Shown here piece by piece: positions 1 through 60,613 of a DNA stretch of 64,000 bases (its first letter is position 1; every line of letters begins with the position of its first letter). Position numbers and translations under genes: made by a program. Source of the DNA: Octopus sinensis (taxonomy: Eukaryota); the NCBI RefSeq assembly GCF_006345805.1, contig NC_043003.1, positions 104,904,001 to 104,968,000 on the forward strand, read 5' to 3'. Under the pieces are notes generated by a model. That model saw nothing but the letters and a program-made list of their open reading frames with translations, was not told where the DNA came from and searched no databases.

Positions 1-460
1 CGGCGTGTTAACGTTTCTGCCAGCTCGCCGCCTTTTTTTAAAAAATATATTTATTTCTTTATTACCCACAAGGGGCTAGATATAGAGGGGACAAACAAGG
101 ACAGACATAGGTATATAATACTTACAAATTGACTGTTGTAAGAGACTTCCTGGTCCAGGCTCAGCAGATGACCAAGGATTTGTGTAGAATGGCTGTGTCA
201 TTAAGAGATTCACTTCCAACCTTGTAGTTTCAAGTTCAGTCCCCTCATATGATGAAATCAACAAGAGAATCCAGTAGATGTCTGTCTGTCCCCCACTCTC
301 TCTCTCTCCCCATTTGTATATATATGTATATGTATGTGTGTATGTATATGCATGTATGTATATATAGTTCAAATTCATAGAAAACAAAAGACTAAGACGG
401 ATGAAGAAACAACAAGCAGGTGTATCAGTTATATATATGTGTGCGTGTATATATATGTAT

Positions 461-532
<72 letters not shown>

Positions 533-701
533 ATGAGCCAGAGGCTTCTTTCAGTTTCCATTGGCCTGAGATTATAGTAAGAGATGCTTACCCAAGATCC
601 TGCTCAGTGGAACTGAACCTGAAGCGATATGTTCAGAATACATATTTACTATTTATTTTTCCTTTATTTTCTCTTTTTCCCGTCACGTCTGTTCAATCAA
701 G

Positions 702-49030
<48,329 letters not shown>

Positions 49031-49084
49031 CTTCAAGGAATATCTGTTGTAACTCTTTCTCCTTCCTTAACTGCCTCAGCACTT

Positions 49085-49123
<39 letters not shown>

Positions 49124-52100
49124 GTCTATCCATCTATCTTCCCTCTTCACTGCCACTCTCTCACCAATTTTTTTGCTGTTCTTGTTTCTTTCCTTTTCTC
49201 CTGATCCTCTGTGGAACTCTGAAATATTTTCTTGAAATAAACAGATTATCAACAGATTATCCAGTTTTGTAAGAGTCTCAGATAGGTTAAGACTGGTAGA
49301 TGGTTGCCTTTCAACCCGATGGTCAGTAGTTCATATCCTGTCAAATAACCAATCTTTCATTGACACAGTCCATATGGTTATGAAGAAAATTCTGGGACCA
49401 TTATGTAAAATATGATAGCATTGGTTTCATACTCTCCTGGCACTGAAGCTTGAACTCTTCAAGGGAGCACTGCTAGGAATAACCCCTTCTGAAATCAACA
49501 AGGATTAGACTTGGCCTTATGTATTGTCTCCACATGATATAAAACATATATAATGATTGCTTGGTCCTCCTTCACTGATGTAGACTTTCTGAATCTCTTC
49601 CCAATGCCATACTCTCCTTTTGGAATCAGTGAACTAATAAAATCCTTGATTCAACAACGAAGTCAGTGAGTGGTAGATTCTTGTTCCTAAGTGATGCCTC
49701 ATCAAAAAACGAATTTCTTTATTCTATTTTAACCCCTTAACATTCAGATCATTCTGTCATATGTATTGCTTATTTATTCATATTGTTTTGAATTCATCAT
49801 ACATCATTTTGCAGCTTTGAGATTTTCACGATGTAGTTACTTGTTTTTAGGACATCGTAGAAGAAGTGCGAGAGGTTGCATTTCGCTGGTTGGAACATAA
49901 AACAAGTAGAATATTTAGGCTGGATGTGGCTGGTTTGAATGCTAAAAGGTTAATAACTATTTGTTTTATCTTCAAACGTGTGTGTGTGTGTCATTGTTTA
50001 ACATACACTTTTCCATGTTTGTTTATGTCAGATAAAGTTTATTGAGGTGAATTTTCTATGCCCAGATGCCCTTCCTGTTGCCAACCCTGTCGCCTGTGTT
50101 TCCAAACAAGGTAATGTTTCCCATGGCCAAACATCGAAATGAAGAACAGGATTTGTGTAACAGTGTTGTTCATTTACAACTATCACATGTTGCCTCAACA
50201 AGAGTACAAACACATGCATGACATAATTTTGTCAAGAACTGACTAAACTGTGACTCTGCCCTTGTGCATTCATTTAAAACGAATTTTCAACCTTGCAGTA
50301 GATGACCCAAAGGACAGCTGACACTGTTGAAGTTCTATACTTAGAAACATCCTGTGTTGGTCTTTTGATATGTGACTTATGTGTACAACATGCCAACATG
50401 CGTAGCTTTTGAAAGTATGAAGCAATGGACGAGTCTGAAAATTAGGGTTTATAAAAAATTTCTGAAATGTAATGTTGAAACAATAAACTATTTTTTTTCC
50501 TTTATTTGAATCTGTAAAGTTGGGGATGGAGAGGGAGAGGGAGGGAGGGAGACACACAGACAGACTGATACAGATCTTATTTTTGGTTGTTCAGAGTCTT
50601 AAACAGAATGGTTTTGTAAAGGTCCCAATTATTGTTTGATAATTATCTGTACTGAAGAATTAAAGCGGATCAAGTAGAAGCTGATGTGTCCAGTTGTTTG
50701 TTGGGTTTTCCTCTCTCAGTAAAGTGCCTTTACATAAATGTTACATGGATAGTAAATTAGTCTAATTAAAAGCTAAAGATTAAAGTGCCTTGAGTTTAAG
50801 GACCTAAACACTGATACTAGTTGTAATAAGTATTCTAAAATGATGTTGTTTGCCTAAAGATTTCAATCTTAGAGGTGGAAGCATGTACAAAGGCTGTTGT
50901 TTCTGTATTATTTTTAGTCTATCAGTTTCGGGATTGTTTATATATCTACAGCCTTTACTATATTGCTTCCACTACCATTAGTTATTAGTAGTGGTGGTGG
51001 TGGTGGTAGGTGAAGATTTATTTTTATATTAGAATTACTGTTTTATTTAGAGTACGTGACAAATACACTTCTACATTAATCACACACTGTTTTTTCCTTC
51101 CACATTTATACTGCTTTTTATTCTACTGTTTAAAATCTTTAATGATTATTTTGTAAAACTATATATACAGCTTTCCTTTATTATACCATTTAATACACCA
51201 TTCCACTACCTGCTGCATGTATACCACTGGTACATGAATGTTTAACAAGAGATTAATTTCTAGCAGTGGTGCTGGGGTTGTTACTAAGATATTTTGTACA
51301 CTATTGTAACCCTTTTGATAGTAACCTTCCTGAGACTGACCCTGATTTTTTGATTCAAACTTCCTGTTTAAAGTGATCTGATTTAAAAACCTTTCATAAA
51401 AATTTTATGTTAATATATACTGACTGACTCCCCACGCTGGTGGCATGTAAAAAATACCATCTGAACATGGTCGATGCCAATCCCCCCTGACTGGCCCCTG
51501 TGCCAGTGGAACATAAAAAGCGCCATCCGAATGTGTTCGATGCCAGTGCCACTTGATTGGCTCCCATGACTGTGGCATGTAAGAAGCACACGCTACACTC
51601 TTGGAGTGGTTGGCATTAGGAAGGGCATCCGACTGTAGAAACCTTGCCAGATCAGATTGGAGCCTACTGGCTTGCCAGTCCCCTGTCAAACCATCGAACC
51701 CATTCCAGCATGGAAAATGGATGTTAAATGATGATGATGTACGTTCCAAATATCAACTTAATAATGACAAAATTATTTTACTAAATTCTTCAATGTTTGC
51801 AAAATTAATTGAAACAAAAGTAGTGCATTTGAAGGGAAATCCTTTGATTACCGGATAACCATATTTTTGTATTCAGTAGGTTGATGTAAGATATTGACTT
51901 ACAGGTGGTTTATACTGTATCAGTATACCAATTTTGTGTTGAGGGTGATCTGACTAACTTATAAAGAGAAAACAATAGTCTATAAACAGTGTTTTGTCAT
52001 TTAAAATATAGGGATGATAATTTTGTGAAACAGTATTAAAAAATACATTATCATAATGCATTATAATACATTATTATAACATATTATTACCTGTTCCAAA

Positions 52101-52630
52101 TGGCAATTTTTAAAGCTTCTTCTTCACTGTAACCAACTGTAACCATTCATATAGTGGAGCATGTGGATTTAACCCTTTTGCTACCATACTTCTGTTGAGA
52201 TTCTCTGTGTTTCTTTCAATTGATTTTAAATATAACAAAGAATTTAGTAAAATAACTTAGTTATCATTAAGCTAGTATTAAGAACATAAATTGTGACTAA
52301 GGTTTGGTGGAAGATTTTCATTCGGAACTTTTGAAAACAAGACATTTGTACTGCAGAGCCAGAGGCAGTTTCAGCTGGTGATTGTCTTACCTAAGGACAA
52401 CTTGCAAGAGCCAAAACAAAATGAAACAAGTCCTCCACTAAGGTGAATGCCACAGAAAGCCATAACACAGTACATATTTTTTCATTCAGCTATTTTTTTA
52501 TACAACCTGAATGCTTTATACAGGACTTTTTGCTCAAATATATTTAACTCTACAGAAATGAATTGTGCATGTATATATAGAGTGTGTGTATGTGTATGAT
52601 TTTCAATGTACACTCTTGTAATTGATATGT

Positions 52631-52636
52631 AATAAA
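52631..52636 (+). terminator. Candidate distal polyadenylation signal of the TMC transcript
   Basis: AATAAA preceded by TGTA elements and followed by U-rich sequence. Alternatives exist at 49236 and 50482. Confidence 0.3.
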
Positions 52637-52959
52637 CATTTTTCTATTGCCTTACGTTGACATTTCTTTATTCAAGTTACTTCAAGTTTCATGCTTGTAA
52701 AGTGCAATAATCATATAGGCTTGTATAGCATGCACAATTGGGCAGTTTTCAAGCTCAGTGATTGCCAGATCATGCACAGTGAGCTATACAAACCTGTGCA
52801 ATTACTGCACTAGTCAAACATGAGACTTGATGTAGCTCACATATAACTCCTGTATTCATTAAATGATGTACACACACAAACACACAGTTTGCCTAAATGA
52901 AAACACCTTATCACATCCAAAACTAAAAGTATTTTTAAAAATAAAAAGAAATCAACTAC

Positions 52960-53400
52960 CTTGACTGGGAGATAACAATTTACTCAAAGTAGCTGCCCTC
53001 TTCTTCCTCTACAGCCTCAAGACGGCTCCAGAACCTGGCACATGCACTCCTCACTATGTCCTTGGGAAGACCTTAGAACACTTCCTTGATACTGGTCACC
53101 AGCTCAGCCTTGGTGTTGCAGGCAGAGCGGTTGGTGTCTTTTTTAACTGCACCCCATACTTAGTAATTCATGGGATTACAACTGTGGGAATTAGGAGAGT
53201 GTTGAGGTTCTGGGCCCTGATAACATACCTATAATACTGCAGCTTTCTTTTCTTGACAGTTGCCAAAATCTGTTTCCATTTCCTCAAGTTCTGACTCTGT
53301 TCAGTGACCAGGTCAGCTGATCCTCTCTACCCTTTGCTAGTACATTCTTTCAATTGCTTTGTGATTAGCTGTTTGTTCTTAAGACCCAACTTTCACCTTA
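52960..53400 (-). mobile_element. Tc1/mariner transposase C-terminal fragment
   Basis: SPNSH.CNPMNY.VWG...NTKAELV..I...ACARF..RLEAV. Confidence 0.7.
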
Positions 53401-53599
53401 TTTTAAAGTAATCTAATACAGGAAGAGAGAAAATATGAATGTGGTCTCTATAGCAGCATAAGTCTATTCTCCACGCTTGAGACAATTTCTTCGGCCACTG
53501 AACCAATCTGCCAGCACATGGTCTGTAAGGTGAAGAATGCGTTTGTGTAGTTGGTGTTTTGGTGAGTGGGGGTGGGGTGGCAGTGTTTGTGGAATGATG

Positions 53600-53795
53600 G
53601 CTGTGTCAGCAAGTGGCTAAATGTTTTGGAAAAGGCTTTTTTTTTGTCAATAGAGACAGACTCTTTTTTTCCGTGAATGTCCACAGTGAACAGTTTTGGT
53701 GTGCTTCTAAGAACGCGATAGGGGCCAGTGCAGGGAGGTGTGAGTGGTCCCTTGACAGCATCATTTCTTACAAACATGTGAGTCCAGGTCATGAC
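53600..53795 (-). mobile_element. Gypsy integrase C-terminal remnant
   Basis: THMFVRNDAVKGPLTPPCTGPYRVL...VSID, matching the P..PPY.GPY motif. Confidence 0.65.
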
Positions 53796-54330
53796 CATGC
53801 TTGATTGGTGCTTTTAACGTGCCACTGGCATGGGTGCCAGTCAGGCGGTACTGGCATTGACCACGACAATGACTTCACTTGACTCAACAGGTCTTCGCAA
53901 GCACAGTTTATTGACCAATGATTGAAAGGTACTCTTAAATGGGCTGGTTATGCTGCACTGGCATAGGCCATGGTTATGGTCTAACTTGGCTTGCTGGGTC
54001 TTCTCAAGCACAGCGTATCTCCAAAGGTCATGGTCACTTGCCATCGCCTCCATGAAGCCCATTGTTCGAAGGTCGTGCTTCACCACCTCATCCCATGTCT
54101 TCCTGGTCTCCCTCTTCCACAAGTTCCTTCCACTGTTAGGGAGTGACACTTCTCCACACAGCTCTCCTCATCCATACGCAGCATATGACCATACCAGTGC
54201 AGTCGTCTCTCTCTTGCAGTTGATGCTTCTTATGTCCAACTTTTCTCTCCGGGCGCTTACACTCTGTTGTGTATGCACACTGACATTACACATCAAGCGG
54301 AGCATACTAGCTTCATTTGTCTTAACTTTC
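53790..54330 (-). mobile_element. RTE LINE 3' fragment
   Basis: RKTWDEVVKHDL..AMASDHDLWRYAV and the EASML..MCNVSVH motif. Confidence 0.8.
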
Positions 54331-54380
54331 AAGAAAATTGATATTTTTTTATGAAATTCTATACAACATGAAATTCTATA

Positions 54381-56283
54381 TAACAGCAGCAACAACAACA
54401 GCAACAGCAACAACAAAACCTGCTTTTATTATAAAGAAAAGGAAATGTTTCTGAAAAACTCAACCTAAAAAACAGATCAGAGATGGATATTTTTGTTGTT
54501 GTGAACTTAGATTGAACAGACATAGGCACAGGAGTGGCTGTGTGGTAAGTAGTTTTGCTTTCCATGAGGCTTTGAGACTTCCCATGGTTCTTTGTTGCCG
54601 GTGTACGCACGTGCTATTGTGTTGTACACCGAAGAAATCCTGTCCTTCGTGAAAAATTGAACTTTGAGGCTCGACTACAGGTAGGTGCTTGTTGTATTAT
54701 TTTTTAGGGCTTAGTGGAGTTTGTTGCCCTGTATTGAATATCTTTTGGTGAGCAACAGTCTCCACTCTGCTCCAGACATTTGCCTGCCTGTGGTTGTGCG
54801 TAAAGGCTCACTTTGCAGTGAGAATTGTATTTTTTTGAGGAGGTGTAGCCCCTCTGCAAAAATTAATTTGTTTACGGCATGTCCTGAAATCCCTTCGGTG
54901 GGATGTGTGCCACCGAACGGGGGGAAAGATATGACCTCGCCGGTGGGATGTGTGCCACTGAGTGAGGGAGTCGAGGCCCTTCCCATTGAAGGTAGTGAGG
55001 AATGTATGTTCTGCTATCTCAAGGGAGGGGCTATCGACAGTTTTGTTGAGAATAAGATGGACAGTCGGATCCTAAGGGAACTGAATTGCACTCAGACTAT
55101 GCAGATTCCAAGGACATAGAATTTTGGGGGTTATTTTTGAGAACTGTTCCCTACTCGGGGGTGTTTCTGAAAAAGTCGTTCATATTTGTTTCATTTTCTC
55201 CATGGTGTACGTTTGTGCATCTGTAGATTTCTAACACACACACACATCATCATCATCATCGTTTAACGTCCGCTTTCCATGCTTGCATGGGTTGGATGAT
55301 TTGACTGAGGACTGGCGAACCAGATAGTTGCACCAGGCTCCAGTCTTGATCTGGCAGAGTTTCTACAGCTGGATGCCCTTCCTAATGCCAACCCTCTGAC
55401 AATGTAGTGGGTGCTTTTACGTGCCACCGGCATGAGGGCCAGTTAGGCGGTACTGGCAACGGCCATGCTCAAATGGTGTTTTTTTACATTCCACTGCACA
55501 GGAGCCAGTCCAGTGGCACCGGCAACGACCTTTCTCGAATGTTTTTTCACATGCCAGTAAGTCGACGCTGGTAACAATCATGCTTGAATGGTGCCTCTTA
55601 CGTGCCACTGGCATGGAAGCCAGTCAGCTGCTCTGGCAACGATCACACTCGGATGGTGCTCTTATCGCTCCACTAGCACAGATGCCAGTCATCGAATTTG
55701 ATTTCGATTTCACTTGCCTCAACAAGTCTTTGCAAGCAGAGTTTAGTGTCCAATGAAGGAAAGGCACACACAAGTGGACTGGTTACACCCCTGGCATAGG
55801 CCACAAGGTTATGGTCTCACTTGCGCTTGCTGAGTCTTCTCAAGCACTGCATATTTCCAGAGGTCCTGGTCACTAGTCATTGCCTCGGTGAGGCCCAGTG
55901 TTTGAAGGTCGTGCTTCACCACCTCATCCCAGGTCTTCCTGGGTCTACCTCTTCCACAGGTTCCCTCAACTGCTAGGGTGTGGCACTTTTTCACACTGCT
56001 ATCTTGATCCATTCTTGCCACATGACCATACCAGCGCAGTCGTCTCTCTTGCTTACCACATCTGATGCTGCTTATGTCCAACTTTTCTCTAAAGGTACTT
56101 ACACTCTGTCAAGTATGCGCACTGACATTACACATCCATCGGATGTGTGTGTGTGTAGAAGGTTGAAAAGGAACACACAAGTTGATATATATATTTGGTA
56201 AAAAAGTCAAGGTAGAAAATGCTAAAATAATTTTATAAGAAACATTTCAGTACCGGTTTCAGTCATTCAGACACACACACACG

Positions 56284-56325
<42 letters not shown>

Positions 56326-57844
56326 CTCTCTTTACTCTTTTACTGGTTTCAGCCATTTGACTGTGGCCATACTGGAGCACCACCTTTAGTCAAACAAATT
56401 GACCCCAGGACTTATTCTTTGTAAGCCTAGTACTTCTTCTTTCGGTCTCTGTTGCCAAACCACTAGGTTACGGGAATGTAAACACACCAACATCGGTTGT
56501 CAAACGATGTTGAGGAGGAAAACATAGATACATACGCACACATATACGATGGGCTTCTTTCAATTTCCGTCTACTGAATCAACTCACAAGGTTTTGGTCG
56601 GCCCGAGGCTATATTAGAAGACACTTGCCCAAGGTGCCACGCAGTGGGACTGAACCCAGAATCATGTGGTTGGTAAGCTAGCTACTTTATTTCATAGAAA
56701 TTTGCCATAAAGGCATTACACAGAGTAGCTTGCAGGCTAGACATAAACATTAATGAAGTAGATGATTATGATGAAAAATGATAAAGATGGGAGAAGGCAG
56801 AAGGCGCCCGCCGACCCTCTGCTTCTCTAAAACGATTTTTTTTCCAAAAATACATAAACTGAGGCAATGACCCTCTTACAAAAATGCAATTTCTTGGACC
56901 AAAAGTCCATACAATCAAAATACAGTGTATACACCAATTAGAGGCAAGAAACCTCTACACTTCCTCCCCCAGCAAATCTCGTGCAATTTGCAGGCACTGT
57001 TTCCACCGAAATCAGGAGTTCCACCAGAGAATTCTGAAAATCTCGCCTCTACATGAGTCAGTTATCATATTGCATTGCTTTCTTCCCAGCACTAGAGCAG
57101 CCACCTGCGAAGGCCACTCTGAGCTGTCAGTGCAATTCAGTTCCCTTAGGATTCGACTGTCCATCTTATTCTCAACAAAACTGTCGATAGCCCCTCCCTT
57201 GAGATAGCAGAACATACATTCCTCACTACCTTCACTGGGAAGGGCCTCGACTCCCTCACTCAGTGGCACACATCCCACCAGCGAGGTCATATCTTTCCCC
57301 CCGTCCGGTGGCACACATCCCACCGAAGGGATTTCAGGACATGCCGTAAACAAATTAATTTTTGCAGAGGGGCTACGCCTCCTCAAAAACGCAATTCTCA
57401 CTGCAAAGTGAGTCTTTATGCACGACCACAGGCAGGCAAATGTCTGGAGCAGAGTGGAGACTGTTGCTCACCAAAAAATATTAAATACAGGGCAACAAAC
57501 TCCACTAAACCCTCAAAAATAATACAACAAGCACCTACCTGTAGTCGAGCCTCAAAGTTCAATTTTTCACGAAGGACGGGACTTCTTCGGTGTACAACAC
57601 AATAGCACGTGCATACACCGGCAACAAAGAACCATGAGAAGTCTCAAAGCCTCATGGAAAGCAAAACTACTTACCACACAGCCACTCCTGTGCCTATGTC
57701 TGTCCAATCTAAGTTCACAACAACAAAAATATCCATCTCTGATCTGTTTTTTAGGTTGAGTTTTTCAGAAACATTTCCTTTTCTTTATAATAAAAGAAGG
57801 TTTTGTTGTTGCTGTTGCTGTTGTTGTTGTTGTTGCCGCTGTTA
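54381..57844. repeat. Inverted duplication, arms about 715 bp, spacer about 2 kb
   Basis: 54381-55092 versus 57129-57844; high identity by eye. Confidence 0.9.
55245..56145 (-). mobile_element. RTE LINE 3' fragment
   Basis: RRLRWYGHVARM..GRGRPRKTWDEVV plus 3' UTR and (GAT)n tail. Confidence 0.85.
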
Positions 57845-58812
57845 TTGTTATTATTGTTGTTGTTGTTGTTGTTGTTCCTTTGGGTTGGGGTTCTCAGTAT
57901 GGATTTATTAAGTTTCCCTACGAATTGCTTTCTGCCTTTGTCATATTGTTGTAGAACCCGATTAAAGTGCTTGGAGTTTAAACTCACCATCACAAGAACT
58001 TGATCTTACTTCTCAAGTGAGTCTCCATCCACTGCACTCGTATAAATTACCATGTTCTGCAAACTAAACTAAGGAGGAGCAACACTATTTCTTTTTTACA
58101 ACCCGAATGCAAAGACTTACTGGCGAATTTATCATTGTAACTTCTCTTACTTCAGAATACATCTTTATCTGATTATGTACAAATACCCCACCCCCACCCC
58201 TCCACAAACACACTTTAAAACCAATTTAGCAATGCCATGGAGAAAATGAAATATCGATTCAAGGTTTGAATTTGGATAAGGATCTGAGGAAGATTCCATA
58301 ATTTTTCACCTCAGATATTCCGAGATTTCCATCAACCAGTAATGGAACCTTGACAAAAAAAAACCCATTCATTCATTAATTTCTTCGTTCAATAGTTTAA
58401 TGTTCATTATTGGTAATGGTCTTCATTCAAAATGATGTGGTCTGGTATTTCCTTTCAGAAGAATATTAACCTAGGAACTTCTTCCATTTCTTAAATTGTC
58501 CTGGCACTTCAATTTCGCCAATTAACGTTGAGTGATTAGCATCCATTACGTCACAAAAAGCAAGCCATATTTTTTTCCCCTTTTTCTTTTTCCATTTAGC
58601 AACAATAACCCTCAAAACATCTATTTTTATCAGTTTCCATTCTTGCATTAAACTTTTCCAAATTCCAATCAGTGATCCATCAAATCATTTTTGTTAAAGA
58701 TAATGTTTCTTTTTCATTTTGGTTTATTCAAATCCCATTGATAAATTCTAATGCATAACCTGATTGCCGGTGGCCGTGTGTTAACCTTATCGTTAACATG
58801 TTGAGTTTCTCA

Positions 58813-58890
58813 TTAATCAGTAGAGCGTTTTAGGCCATTTTCATAACTATTCGTGGTATCTTCATTTTCAGCTTCTTCGATTATTTCGAC
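58813..58890 (-). CDS. Putative terminal exon of the same gene (VEIIEEAENEDTTNSYENGLKRSTD*)
   Basis: Acceptor ttattttcag|GTC in phase 0, compatible with 63328-63508; minus-strand AATAAA at 58723-58728. Confidence 0.4.
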   Translation of the reverse strand, partial: VEIIEEAENEDTTNSYENGLKRSTD

Positions 58891-59240
58891 CTGAAAATAA
58901 TTTTTTTTTATATGTTTATATGTAAGGATATATGTGTGGGTGTACATAGCAACACTGCTACTATTGAAAAACAAACCCTCTTTTTCCTTCTCTCTTTCCA
59001 TTTCTTACAAGTGTCATCCAAAAAATACAAAAAGACACAAAAAAAGAAAAAAAGAAAAATACAGTTTTAAAACGCACACACCCGTATTCTCTCTTTCACC
59101 TTCTCCATCCCTCTTTCTCCCTCTCTCTCTCTTTCACCCTCCCTCTATTTCCCATTATATAAACACACACACACTCTCTCTCTCTCTCTCCCCACTTCAT
59201 TTACCAATAATATAAACACAGGCAAAACTTTACAAACAGA

Positions 59241-59283
59241 CATTTCTGATGAAACTACAGGAGTAGTTGAAAGCGCTAATATG
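59241..59283 (+). ncRNA. Minimal hammerhead, copy 1 of a tandem pair
   Basis: CAUUU-CUGAUGA-AACUAC AGGA GUAGUU-GAAA-GCGC-UA-AUAUG; palindromic AGCGCU. Confidence 0.8.
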
Positions 59284-59381
59284 AAGAAATAATATGCGAT
59301 ATGTAAATAAATATATATTTTTACAACCATCCAGCATTCTGAGCACTTTTTCTTTCATATATATATGTATATATGTGTGTG

Positions 59382-59412
<31 letters not shown>

Positions 59413-59536
59413 ATGTATATGTATATATATGTGTGTGTGTGTGTATGTATATGTATATATATGTGTGTGTGTGTGTATATATATATATACATGTATGTAT
59501 ATATATATATACATGTATATTATATATATATATACA

Positions 59537-59571
<35 letters not shown>

Positions 59572-59637
59572 GAATATATATATATATATATATATAGATA
59601 TATATATATACATGTGTATATATATATACATACTGTA

Positions 59638-59682
<45 letters not shown>

Positions 59683-59745
59683 ACCACACACTCTCCCCAC
59701 TTCATTTACCAATAATATAAACACAGGCAAAACTTTACAAACAGA

Positions 59746-59788
59746 CATTTCTGATGAAACTACAGGAGTAGTTGAAAGCGCTAATATG
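59746..59788 (+). ncRNA. Minimal hammerhead, copy 2 of a tandem pair
   Basis: Identical to 59241-59283, 505 bp downstream. Confidence 0.8.
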
Positions 59789-60005
59789 AAGAAATAATAT
59801 GCGATATGTAAATAAATATATATTTTTACAACCATCCAGCATTCTGAGCACTTTTTCTTTCATATATATGTATATATGTGTGTGTATATATATATATGTG
59901 TGTGTGTGTGTATGTATATGTATATATATATATGTGTGTGTGTGTGTGTATATATATATATGTATGTATATATATACATGTATATATATATATATATATC
60001 ACATG

Positions 60006-60038
<33 letters not shown>

Positions 60039-60435
60039 TACATACATACATGTGTATATATATATACATACATACATGTGTATATATATATATATATACA
60101 ACATGTATATATATATATATTATATATATACACATGTATATATAATATATATAATATATATACATACAGTATATATATATATATATATATATAATATACA
60201 TACATGTATATTATATATATATATAATACATACATGTATATATATATATATATATACATACATGTATATTATATATATACATACATGTATATATAATATA
60301 TATACATACATGTATATATATTATATATACACATACATGTATATATATATATATACATAATGTATATATATATATATATACATACATGTATATATATATA
60401 TATATACATAATGTATATATATATACATACATGTG

Positions 60436-60467
<32 letters not shown>

Positions 60468-60613
60468 CACATGTATATGTATATATATATATATATATAA
60501 TATATATATATATATACACATGTATATATATATATATATACACATGTGTATATATATATTTTTTTCTCTCTAGTTGCATCTCAGAGCTGCAGCCATGTTG
60601 ATGCACCACTGTT

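Larger units (their letters stand above)
59186..60560. repeat. Tandem duplication (period 505 bp) of a 175-bp unique segment plus complex TA/TG microsatellite
   Basis: 59186-59360 is repeated at 59691-59865. Confidence 0.85.

Noticed and set aside
54721-55119. 132-aa and 129-aa ORFs repeated in both arms of the inverted duplication
   Set aside because: They reflect DNA identity between the arms; their starts and ends differ and no domain is recognisable.
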